DNA of 20,000 nt from an uncultured virus (IMG/VR IMGVR_UViG_3300017971_000212) (taxonomy: Duplodnaviria > Heunggongvirae > Uroviricota > Caudoviricetes): the IMG/VR virus record IMGVR_UViG_3300017971_000212. One strand, given 5' to 3'. How positions within the stretch are numbered: the first letter of the stretch is position 1; each line of letters opens with the position of its first letter. Both the position numbers and the translations under genes were made by a program. Below the pieces are notes generated by a model that had not been told where the DNA came from, searched no databases, and worked only from the letters and a program-made list of their open reading frames with translations. Shown piece after piece: positions 7,787 to 17,600 of the stretch.

Positions 7787-10351
7787 GTGCCCTCGCTCAT
7801 CCCCGACAATTTCACGAAGGAGACGCCTCCCGAGCCGGTGCGTCAGCTCGCGGAGGCGTGGCTTCGCGCGAGGCTTCGGGGTGCCGAGCCCGACTTCCTC
7901 GACGTGGCGGACGGGGCGGTGATCGGCGTCTACCGGCTGCCCTGCGGCCTCGTCAGGCGGGCGAGCCACAGCTTCTCGCGGTGCATGGCGAAGGGCTGCC
8001 AGAAGCCGCCCGAGGTGGAGTGCCTCTGGGCCGAGGGTCGCGGCCGTGCCTGGCACTGTCAGAAGCACCACGACGCCTGGGTGAAGGAGGACGGTCCGGA
8101 CGGGCGCGACATCATCAAGCAGCAGAAGATTCCCGACGGCGTCGTGGGCGAGAAGTACGGCGAGTATCCGGCGAAGAAGACGGCCGGGGACGGCGACGAG
8201 TTCAAGAAGGGCGACAGGATCGTCTACGGCCCGCTCGTGCCGCCCGGCCCCAGGTACCTGCCGGGGATCGTCGTGAAACCGCAGGCCCCCTCGAGCCTCG
8301 ACAACCCCGTGACGATCAGGGTGAAGGGAGAGGGCACGTTCGAGACCGACCCCGACAGCGTGACTCCGCTGTCCCGGTGGAAGCGAAACCCGGATCTCGG
8401 CAAGACGGCCAAGGCGACAGGCAAGAAGACCGGCGTCGGCGAGCACGTCGGGCTGTTCATCCCGCTTCCGAAGGATCTAGCCAAGAAGTTCCCGTCGCTC
8501 GGCGAGGACGACCCGTCCCCGTCCCACGTGACCTTCCTCTACATCGGCGACTGCAAGGGCAAGCGCGACCAGAAGGTCCTGGTCGACACGCTCCGGGACG
8601 CCTGTCGGCGCTGGTGGCCCGGCGCCAAGGCCACGCTCGGGGGCCTCGAGTACTTCACCCACGAAGACAAGGATCGTCGCGTCCCCCACGTCTCCGTGGA
8701 CTTCGACAAGGACCTGTCGGGTTTCAAGCACCGCATCAGGCAGGAGCTCGAGGAGAACGGCGTCGAAGTCGAGGACAGCTGGCCCGACTTCAAACCCCAC
8801 GTGACGCTCGGATACCTACCGGGTACGGACTCCGAGTGGAAGGGCAAGGTTCCGAAGGGTTCCTGGAGTTTCGACGAGATGGAGGTCTGGGGTCTCCCGA
8901 AGGTCCACAAGCTCAAGCTCGGTCCCTCCATCTACAAGATCTCCGACACGTGGCTCCGCGGGAGGTTGCACCGCTACGTTGCCGCGCGCTACCTCGTTCG
9001 CAAGATCGCCGGATGGTGGGCCATCAGGCCGGGCAGTCCGGGAATCAACTGCCCGCCCGTGGACAAGGGCGGCCTCATGAATGCCATCCCCGGCACGGAC
9101 CCGCCGGACGCCCGCTACAACGGGGACGGCCCGGCCGACATCATGGACGCCGCGCTCGCGGACGTCGACATGGAGTACCTGATGGAGTGGGGGCGCCCCG
9201 CGACCAAGCAGGAGCTCCAGGCGGTGTTCGACTTCTGCACTGGGGCCCTCCGCGAGGACGGTTCGAGGGACTACGGCAAGCACGAGCACGTGAATCAGTG
9301 GTTCGTCGAGTTCGCGGAATGGCTTGGCAAGAGGCCGAATGAGATCCGGTTCTTTCAGGGCGACAGCGACATCGTGGACGCCCTCCGGCAGAACTGGGAC
9401 GGTACGGGCGAGTCCCTGGACGCCTACAAGAAGGAGATCCTGGACCTCGTCGACAAGACCAAGAAGTTCGAGGGCGGTCTCGAGGCCAAGGACCTGGCAG
9501 AGCGTCTGAAGGCCAGAACCCAGGTGATCCACGACGAGACCTTCCGGGGCGAGGACTGCCTGGAGGGGGGAGAAGATCCCGAGATCGTCATAAAGCGGGT
9601 AGCATCGAGGTACATGGCCTCGATCCCGCACGGCAAGAACGTCGCCCTGATGAAGTGGCTCTCGGACGTGACCAGGCGCCTGGGCGTCGCCCGGGACACC
9701 TACGTCGTCGGGGGTGCGGTCAGGAACTTCCTCATCGGTCGGCCCATCAAGGATCTCGACGTGGTGATCGACTCGGTTCGGGCCGGACGCGACTCCGCGT
9801 GGCTGGCGGCTCAGATCTCCCGGCACGTGCCCGCTCCGACGAACGTCACGACGAACCAGTACGGCGTCGCCATCCTGACGATCAAGGGGAGCTGGGTCCT
9901 CGACGGCGAGGACATGCGAGGCGAGGTGATCGAGATCGCCAACGCCCGCAAGGAGAGCTACGCGGAGGGACTCGGGAAGGGGCACAAACCCCATACGGTT
10001 GCCCCGGCCACCATCGAGGAGGACGTCAGGCGTCGAGACTTTACGATGAACGCGCTTCTCTGGCGTCTGATGGACCTGGCGCACGGGCCCGAGAAGGCCG
10101 AGGTGATCGACCTCACCGGCTGCGGCCGGCGCGACCTTGAGCAGGGGGTCCTGCGGTGCCCGCAGCCGCCCGACAAGGTGTTCTCTGACGATCCGACGAG
10201 GATGCTGCGTCTTGTTCGACTCGCCTCCAAGTACAATCTGAAAATCCCACCTGATGTGGCTGCCTCAGTACGCCGGAATGCAAGCAAACTGAAGAGAATG
10301 CCTTGGGAGGCGGTCGCGACGATCCTCATGCAGACACTGGAGGGCAGGTAA
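7787..10351 (+). CDS. multidomain protein (854 aa): Zn-finger-like + SH3-like + 2H phosphoesterase + unknown domain + N-terminal part of a class II tRNA nucleotidyltransferase (CCA-adding/poly(A) polymerase family)
   Basis: GTG start with GGAGG at 7778-7782. Two HxT motifs (SHVTFLYIG at 8525, PHVTLGY at 8798). Nucleotidyltransferase motifs YVVGGAVRN...KDLDVV (9701-9760), ARKESY, EEDVRRRDFTMNAL and FSDDPTRMLR. Confidence 0.88.
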   Translation: MPSLIPDNFTKETPPEPVRQLAEAWLRARLRGAEPDFLDVADGAVIGVYRLPCGLVRRASHSFSRCMAKGCQKPPEVECLWAEGRGRAWHCQKHHDAWVKEDGPDGRDIIKQQKIPDGVVGEKYGEYPAKKTAGDGDEFKKGDRIVYGPLVPPGPRYLPGIVVKPQAPSSLDNPVTIRVKGEGTFETDPDSVTPLSRWKRNPDLGKTAKATGKKTGVGEHVGLFIPLPKDLAKKFPSLGEDDPSPSHVTFLYIGDCKGKRDQKVLVDTLRDACRRWWPGAKATLGGLEYFTHEDKDRRVPHVSVDFDKDLSGFKHRIRQELEENGVEVEDSWPDFKPHVTLGYLPGTDSEWKGKVPKGSWSFDEMEVWGLPKVHKLKLGPSIYKISDTWLRGRLHRYVAARYLVRKIAGWWAIRPGSPGINCPPVDKGGLMNAIPGTDPPDARYNGDGPADIMDAALADVDMEYLMEWGRPATKQELQAVFDFCTGALREDGSRDYGKHEHVNQWFVEFAEWLGKRPNEIRFFQGDSDIVDALRQNWDGTGESLDAYKKEILDLVDKTKKFEGGLEAKDLAERLKARTQVIHDETFRGEDCLEGGEDPEIVIKRVASRYMASIPHGKNVALMKWLSDVTRRLGVARDTYVVGGAVRNFLIGRPIKDLDVVIDSVRAGRDSAWLAAQISRHVPAPTNVTTNQYGVAILTIKGSWVLDGEDMRGEVIEIANARKESYAEGLGKGHKPHTVAPATIEEDVRRRDFTMNALLWRLMDLAHGPEKAEVIDLTGCGRRDLEQGVLRCPQPPDKVFSDDPTRMLRLVRLASKYNLKIPPDVAASVRRNASKLKRMPWEAVATILMQTLEGR

Positions 10352-10353
10352 TC

Positions 10354-11181
10354 GTGGCCGGAAGACCTTGGACGGAAGGAGAGGAGAGGCTTCTTCGCCA
10401 CTTATGGAAGTCCGACCTCACGCGGGAGGAGGTCGCGGCACGGTTGCTAGGACGAACGCCGGTCGCCATACAGGTGAGGGCAAAGCGTCTTGGTCTTCGC
10501 CATACGGATGAGCAGTTCCGCCGGATCCTTTCGAAGAAAAGCAAGGGGGAGAACAATGGGATGTTCGGACGTGAGGGGCCGCGCAGAGGTGTAGTGCTCA
10601 CTGTTACCCAGCGAGATCTTCTCAGAAAGAAGGCGCTCAACTCCTACAAGAATGGGCGACCCAAGATGGTCGGTGCTCGAAACCCGATGTTTGGTAAGCC
10701 GGGCACGATGCGCGGCAAGAAGTTGCCACCGTCGGCCAAGGCCACCCTCTCCGAGAAAGCCAAAGTCCGTTGGTGTCAGGCATCGGACGAGGAAAAGGCC
10801 AAGAAAGTCGCTCAGCTTCGTGAGGGTCGCGAGCGTCTCGGACGTGACAGCCCCTCATCGATCGAGGTGGCGATGAGGGAATGGTTGTCAGACTTGCAAA
10901 CTGACTTTGAAGCACAGGTCGTGATTGGGTTCTACACCGTCGATTTCCTTGTATCGGAGAACAAGGTCATCGAGTGTCACGGCGACTATTGGCACGCGCA
11001 CCCTGAGAAGTACGCGAGCGGCGACCTTGATGAGACGCAACGGCATAATGTTCACCGAGACCGCCGCAAGGCCACTTTTCTCCGAAATCGGGGTTATGGG
11101 CTGCTTGTGATGTGGGAGAGTGACATCAAGGAGCGTCCTTCGTGGTGCGTCTCGCAAGTGGAGGATTTTCTTCATGGGTGA
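10354..11181 (+). CDS. free-standing putative homing endonuclease (HTH + NUMOD3-like repeats + Vsr/DUF559-like nuclease), 275 aa
   Basis: Likely start is GTG 10354 with GGAGGG at 10339-10344, rather than 10303. N-terminal WTEGEERLL...EEVAARLLGRTPVAIQVRAKRLGL, repeats GENNGMFGR and GARNPMFGK, C-terminal SSIE...YTVDFL...IECHGDYWH...RDRRK...GYGLLVMWESD. Lower GC3 than the flanking genes. Confidence 0.85.
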   Translation: MAGRPWTEGEERLLRHLWKSDLTREEVAARLLGRTPVAIQVRAKRLGLRHTDEQFRRILSKKSKGENNGMFGREGPRRGVVLTVTQRDLLRKKALNSYKNGRPKMVGARNPMFGKPGTMRGKKLPPSAKATLSEKAKVRWCQASDEEKAKKVAQLREGRERLGRDSPSSIEVAMREWLSDLQTDFEAQVVIGFYTVDFLVSENKVIECHGDYWHAHPEKYASGDLDETQRHNVHRDRRKATFLRNRGYGLLVMWESDIKERPSWCVSQVEDFLHG

Positions 11182-11614
11182 TCCCAGGAAGGCTCTTCAG
11201 CAGATGAAGCAGCTCGGGCTGCTCGAGGTGGTCTCCGAGATGATCAGGTCGAGCAAGCCCTTCTCCGCCTACATGGCGAACCAGCTGCGGACGAACAGGA
11301 GGGTCCCCCTCCTCCTCGACCTCATGGACATGGGGGTCCCCGCGACCACGCCCCTCTCGTTCCTCGACCGCGCGGGACAGCAGCGCGTCCGCGAGGTCAC
11401 GATGCCGATGACAGAGCGCGAGGCCGCGGACTTCGTGAACCTCCTGATCAAGCCGCCCGTGGACAACAGGCGGATCATCGAGGAGCTCGGGCTCCCAGGT
11501 CCCGAGCGGCGCCTCATCCTGCCGATGGCGCGCGACCTGATCCTCAAGAACCCCCCTCTCGCGGCCGACGGGCGCAGGCTGACCGAGGAGGTCCTCCGAG
11601 CATGGCCGCGCTAG
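11174..11614 (+). CDS. C-terminal part (body/tail) of the split tRNA nucleotidyltransferase, 146 aa
   Basis: ATG 11174 with GGAGG at 11160-11164, overlapping the endonuclease stop by 8 nt. Begins DPRKALQQMKQLGLLEVV, matching the PxxALxxLxxxGLL segment of class II CCA enzymes. LGLPGPE resembles the tail-domain LGxxPGP. GC3 returns to the resident level. Confidence 0.78.
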   Translation: MGDPRKALQQMKQLGLLEVVSEMIRSSKPFSAYMANQLRTNRRVPLLLDLMDMGVPATTPLSFLDRAGQQRVREVTMPMTEREAADFVNLLIKPPVDNRRIIEELGLPGPERRLILPMARDLILKNPPLAADGRRLTEEVLRAWPR

Positions 11615-14600
11615 CACAGCTGGCCCTCCGCGTCGCCGCGAGGCACCTCGCAGCCGACGCCTACTTCGAGGTCGGCGAGGAGGTGCTGTACGGCAAGTTC
11701 AAGAACCGTCGCGGTCGGGTCGTCAGGATCTTCGACGACGAGCGCGGCGTCCCCTCCGTGGAGATTGAGCCGATCCCGAAGGGCCGCAGGCAGAACAGGA
11801 TGGTGGGCCTCTACGGGATCTGGAAGCTGCCCGAGGCGCGGAAGACCGCAGCGATGGACCGCGAGGCCTGCATCATCGCGGGCCGCAAGTTCGGGGACGG
11901 CCTGTGCCTCATGAAGACCCGCGACCGGGCCTACGATCCGAAGCTCCAGGTGCTCCACGTCGAGCGGGACGGCACCGAGATGGCCGTGGTGTTCGACAAG
12001 ACCACGGGCTACCTGGAGGGCGTCAACGAGCACGGCATCGGCATCGTCAACACGACGCTCATGGTCGTCCGGGACGAGCAGGAGGGCGTCAAGAAGACCA
12101 AGGGCGACAAGCAGAAGGGGCCCAAGAGGTCCAAGGACGGTCCCAAGATCTTCAAGGCGCTCGAGGCCGAGACCCTCGACGACGCCATCCGCTCCCTCGT
12201 CTCCTTCCGCGGCGGCATCAAGGGTCACACGTTCGTGGCGGACGGCGAGCGCATGGTCTGCATCGAGCGCAGCGGCAGGCATCCGGCCAAGATCCACCGC
12301 CTCGACCCGACGCGCGTGAACACGCGCACCAACCACGGAGTCGCCTACCCCGACGCCGGCTACACCCACGGGGACGACTACGTGTCGTCCATCGTGCGGC
12401 GCTGGGAGGCCCAGAAGCGCCTCCAGAACGTGAACAATCCCGAGGTCGTGGCCCCGGCCCTGGTCCAGGCGATCCACGAGGCCGACAGCCCGTTCAACCC
12501 GGTCCGCTGCACCGACAAGATGCGGACCACGAGCCAGCTCACCATCGACACGACGAACCCGACGCTCTACCTGTACGTCATCCCCGGGCACGCCGACCTC
12601 TCCCCCCCGCGCAACGTCCTCCCCGACGGCCGACGCCCCAAGATCCCCGTGCGGACCTTCCGCTACCGGCAGAGGATGGAGGACCGCACGGAGCAGCCGG
12701 GCCGGAAGACCGCGCGGGAGGTGCTCGCGCGCTACAAGTCGAAGAAGAAGGTCAGGTCCGAGGACGGCGACGAGACGACCGTCTACGAGTACTCCGAGCG
12801 CCAGGTCCAGCACCGCAACCGCGAGAAGGCCGAGCGCATCGAGAGGCTCCGTGGATCGATAGGCAAACTCCGCGCGCAGCTCGAGAAGGACATCAGATCC
12901 GACGACCCCAAGAAGCGCGACGTCGCGGCCGCCGTGGGCCTCATGGATCACACGTACGAGCGTCCCGGCAACGACGAGTCGGCGTCCGACGGCCACTATG
13001 GCGTGACCAACTGGAAGGTGCGGCACGTCAGGTTCGGCGACGGCCAGGCCAAGATCAGCTACGTCGGCAAGTCGGGCGTCAGGCAGCAGAAGTCCGTCAC
13101 GGACCGAGACCTCGTGAAGGCGCTCAGGGCCGCCTGCGCCGACAAGGGCGCCGAAGCGACCTGCCTGGACGTGAGCGCCGACGAGGTCAACGAGTACCTC
13201 AGGCCCTTCGGCGTCACGGCGAAGGACCTGCGAGGGCTGCACGCCAACGGGGAGATGAAGGACCGGCTCAGGCGCGTGCGCCGGGAGGGCGGCCCGCTGC
13301 CCGAGGACCCGGAGAAGCGCGAGGAGAAGCTCAGGAAGGAGTTCGACAGGGCCCTGGACGAGGCCGCGGAGACGGTGGGCCACGAGCCTTCGACCCTCAA
13401 GAGCCAGTACCTCGTGCCCGGCCTGGAGGAAGACTACAAGAGGGACGGCACCGTGAGCGAGAGCCACGCCAAGAAGGCGGCCGAGGCCGTGACCGACACG
13501 GCGTCCTTCTACGTGATCGCGCCCGAGGCGCTCAGGGGCATGCTCGACGACACCGACTGGCTCGAGCTCGCTCACGACCTATGGCCTGGAGAAGGGCGCC
13601 CGGGCGGCGACGCCGAGGTGCTCGTGCCCGAGATGGAACGCCAGGTCCGCGAGAGCGGTGGCGCCGTGCTCGACACCGGATGGGACGGCGGCTTCGACGT
13701 CGGCGTGAGGGGCAAGTACGACGAGCTGGGCCGGATCGAGCCCTTCGACCTGCCCGTTCGCGAGAAGGGCGCGGTGCCTCCCTACGGGTTGCGCAAGAGC
13801 GCGTCGCTGCTGCGCGTCGCCGCCGAGGAGGGGACCTCGGCCGAGCGCAGGATCCTCGCCAACGCCCTGGTGGCCCCCGTGCTCGTGGCCCGGACGCGCG
13901 AGTGGTGGCTCCGCGAGGCGCCCCACCTGTACCGGATTGCTCGCGATCACGAGAAGCCTCGACCTCGCATCGAGGGCCTCGAGTTTCCGTCCAATCTTTT
14001 CACGATCCTATGGTACGAAGACGCGGACGGGAACGACCTGGGAGACGGGGACCTTGAAGGAGAGCCGGGCGCGCCAGAAGGAGCACAGTACCAGCACAGC
14101 CAGTTCCCGCACGTCCTGCACCACAACGTCCTGCGCCTCAACGACGACGGAACCTCCACGGACCTCGGCGGCGGCGAGGCGTCCTACCCGGAAGACCTCG
14201 TGAACGCGATGGTTCGCAGCGGGGACTGGGACGTGGGCGACGCGATCATGGTCGCCGCCCAGTCGTGCGAGCGGTGCCTGAACGTCCTGTGCCACCATTA
14301 CGACCTGGACGACGGCTACCCGTTCGGGTCCGAGGAGTACTGGAGCGCTGGCACCCGTTGTCCGATGTGCGAGAACGTGCATGCTCCCGCTCGCACGGCC
14401 GCGACGCCGAACTACGAGGCGTACGTCGAGCGCAAGAGGCGGGAGGGAGAACCCCCGCTCGACCGCGAGCGGTGGGAGCGCAGGGTCCTGGGCGTGCGCG
14501 ACGAAGAGGGTCCGCGCGACTGGGACGCGCACCGCAGAGACGTGATGCGGCGTCACGAGCTGGACAAGCTGCACGCGCCCTACGATCCCGAGAACAAGCA

Positions 14601-17600
14601 CCTGCGCATCGACCTGATCAGCGTCCGAAGGGACGCGCGCGGAGAGGGTCACGCCCGACGGGCGATGGAGGAGATCCTCGGATGGGCGGACCGGGCCGGA
14701 GCGACCGTCACGCTGACGCCGACCTCCGAGTTCGGCGCGTCCAAGAAGCGCCTGACGCGGTGGTACGAGGGCATGGGGTTCGTCCCGAACAAGGGCAGGA
14801 ACAAGGATTTTCGGTTTCAGGACGCGATGATCCGCGCCCCCCAAGTCAAGACCGCCACGAAGTCCGACGCCGAGCTCGACGAAGAGGCGGTCGAGGAGAT
14901 GCTCCGCGAGGAGCCCAAGAAGAAGCCGCCTCGCTACGATCTGCGGGACAACCGACCCTTGGAGGACGACGACGAGGAGGACCTCGAGGGCCTCGGCGGC
15001 GGGGACCGGGGCGACCGGGACCTGAGCCTCAAGTGGAACAAGGTCGGCAGGCGCGTGGCGTTTCGCTGGCTGGCGACTCCCGGAAGGCTCTCGGCGGTCA
15101 GGACCGCCATGCGTCATCGGGCGAAGGTCACGCCCGACTCCGAGTTCCAGAAGGAGATCGCGGACAAGAAGTTCAGGCACCCGGAGACGGGCAACGAGGT
15201 CGCGTTCGGCTCCCTGCCGACCGAGGAACAGCACCGGATTTTCGAGGAGTGGAAGAAGAAGCACGCGCCGAAGGGGGAACCGGCCGAGGGCAAAGAGAAA
15301 CCCAAGGAGGAGCCCGAGGGTCGGTCGCCCGAGGAGATCGACCAGGACATCTCCGAGGCCCGCGAGGCGGCCAAGAAGTTGAAGGGCGAGATCCGCGACC
15401 TGAAGGAGAAGATTGGCGACGCGAAGAAGGCCATCGAGGACTGGACCGAGCTCACGAAGGGAGAGGTCGGCGAGGAGATGAGGAAGAAGGGCGACGCCGT
15501 CATCAAGGAGATGAAGCGCATCGTCCTGGATGCCGAGGACGACATCGAGTACAAGACCCAGGACCTCAAGGACGCGCGCAGACGCGTCCAGGAGCTGAAG
15601 GAGGAGCGCGAGGACCCGACCGGAGCTAAGGCGAAGAAGGAGCAGGAGGAGAGGGAGCAGAAGGAGAAGCGGACGCGGCAGGCCGTCAAGGACACGGTCG
15701 CGGCGATGGAGAAGATGCTCGGCAGGGGGTCGAGGCTGCCGCAGGGGACGAGGCAGGAGATCGAGAGTGCGCTGGGCGACTTCGACTACCCCCAGCTCGA
15801 GGCGTTCGCGCTGGCGTTTCAGGGCGAGCTCAAGGACCTCAGCGGACAGGACCCGACGTCGCCCGACGTGATCTCCATGGCGAACCGGCAGGCGAAGATC
15901 GGCTTCGACGTGGAGGGTGTCACGGATCCCGAGGAGCTGGCGAGGCGTGCCGCGGAGGTCGGCTACGTGACGAACGTGGTCGCCAACCCGATGGTCGTGG
16001 GAGGCAGGCCCGTCGGGCAGACGGAGATGGACGACGCGGCACGGTCGGCGCGGGCGAGGGAGGCGTTCGCCCAGTTCGAGAATCTCCACCCGAAGCTGCA
16101 GCGCATGGCGGCGGAGCGCATCCGCGAGGAGCTAAGGGGCCTCGACGAGGACACCGACCGCGCCGTGGAGCTCGAGTCGATCCTCAGCGCCGTCGACCTG
16201 GCGCACGTGGGCCAGACCGGAGAGGCCCTCCCCGGACGCCCGCAGCCGAGCGCCGGCAACGCCGCGCTGATCAAGCGCATGATCGCGGACGGCAACGCCG
16301 ACAGGATGTTCCAGACGAAGAAGGACTTCTTCTCGGAGGGATCGCGGGAGGCGATGGCGCAGGCGCTCGAGGAGATGGACGACGCCGACGTGGCCAATTT
16401 CATCACGGGCGACGACCCGAGCCACCCGTTCTACGAGCTCTCCCAGAGCATGAGGACCGAGGGCGCGGGCGAGTTCAACCAGATGATCAAGGACTTCCTG
16501 ATCAAGGACTTCCTGAACGACACGTGGGGCGACCGGGCCGCGCGCGACGTGATGGAGGCCGCGGGCGTCGAGGACTGGGACAGCCCGGAGGCGCGGGCCG
16601 AGCTGCTCGAGGAGTCCAAGCGAGCCGGCGAGACGCCCCTGGGTCAGGTGCTGGAGGCGAAGGAGCGTGTCGAGGCGGCGCGGGCCGCGGGCGAGGAACC
16701 CAGCCAGGACGACCTGGACCTCGTGAGTTCGTACTTCGAGCCCGAGGCCGGCGAGGGGGTCGTCGGCAATGCCAGGGCCCTCCTCGGCCTCCTGAGGGAC
16801 AAGTTCAAGAAGCACGTGATCTCGCCCGCCGTGGCCGTGCTCAACCACTTCGTGAAGACGCGGGATCCGAAGGTACTCAGCCAGGAGACGTTGCCGCACC
16901 CGGACGAGAGATCCCCTGAGCCGAGACCCAAGGAGGAGCGCGAGAAGGCGCGGGTCGAGATGCCCACCGAGGCAGAGGCGCCCGAGAGCAAGCCTGGTAA
17001 GCCCGAGGTCGTGGCTCCCGAGTGGGCCGCGGAAGGACGCAAACCGGCCGAGGACCTGACCCCTGAGAAGGCGATGCGCAGGCGCATCGTCCTGAAGAGC
17101 GAGCGCCAGAAGCTAGAGGCCCAGCGAGAGAAGGCGCCGCCCGAGGAGCGCGGCAAGTACGACGTCAAGATCAGGAAGCTGGACAAGGAACTCGAGAGAG
17201 CCAGCGTTCCGAAGAGACCGGAGAAGAAGGCCCCTGAGCCGGAGAAGAAGGCCCCTGAGCCGGAGAAGGTGAAGGAGCCTGAGGTGGTGCGGAAGCGTCG
17301 CAAGCAGCTCGAGAAGGTGAAGTCCGTGCGCGACGAGGCCAGGGCGGCGCTGAAGGAGATGGAGCCCGCGGCCCGGAAACAGCTCGAACAGAAGCTCGAG
17401 AAGATGGACGCCGCCATCAGGCAGGTCGAGGAGCAGCACGCCGAGGACGAGAAGCACGGCCCCGGGGACGTCTGGAAGACCAAGGGAGGAAACTGGCGCG
17501 CCAAGAACGAGGAGGGTCTCTCCAGGAGTTTCAAGAAGAGGGACGAGGCCGAGACGTACGCGAGAGGGGAGCCCGAAAAGGAGTGGAGCGCCGAGTTCAA

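Noticed and set aside
10303..10353. ORF-track starts at 10303 (endonuclease), 11120 (C-terminal fragment) and 17932 (167-aa gene)
   Set aside because: Starts with better Shine-Dalgarno sequences and less overlap exist at 10354, 11174 and 18064.
10352..11181. Group I intron or intein as the explanation for the endonuclease insertion
   Set aside because: The insert is coding from end to end, with no space for a ribozyme core and no Cys/His-Asn splice motifs. The upstream half has a stop codon and the downstream half has its own RBS and ATG. Splicing is not formally excluded without RNA data.
12770..13470. Tyrosine recombinase/integrase call for the R-K-R-H-Y domain
   Set aside because: The motifs RPGN, GKSG, VNEYL and TAKDLR (K rather than the HxxR His) fit topoisomerase IB better.
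1710..15629. Long alternative-frame plus-strand ORFs (1710-3770, 7858-9342, 11904-14057, 14265-15629)
   Set aside because: R/P/G-rich translations typical of off-frame reading in high-GC DNA, fully overlapping better-supported genes.
1453..16089. Long minus-strand ORFs (1453-4188, 4347-6959, 8816-10084, 11611-13575, 14008-16089 and others)
   Set aside because: Antisense shadows of GC3-biased plus-strand genes that carry clear protein motifs. They show no recognisable motifs of their own.
17218..17268. Tandem repeat as a CRISPR array or regulatory repeat
   Set aside because: It has no spacers and is an in-frame 21-bp duplication encoding a PEKKAPE linker.
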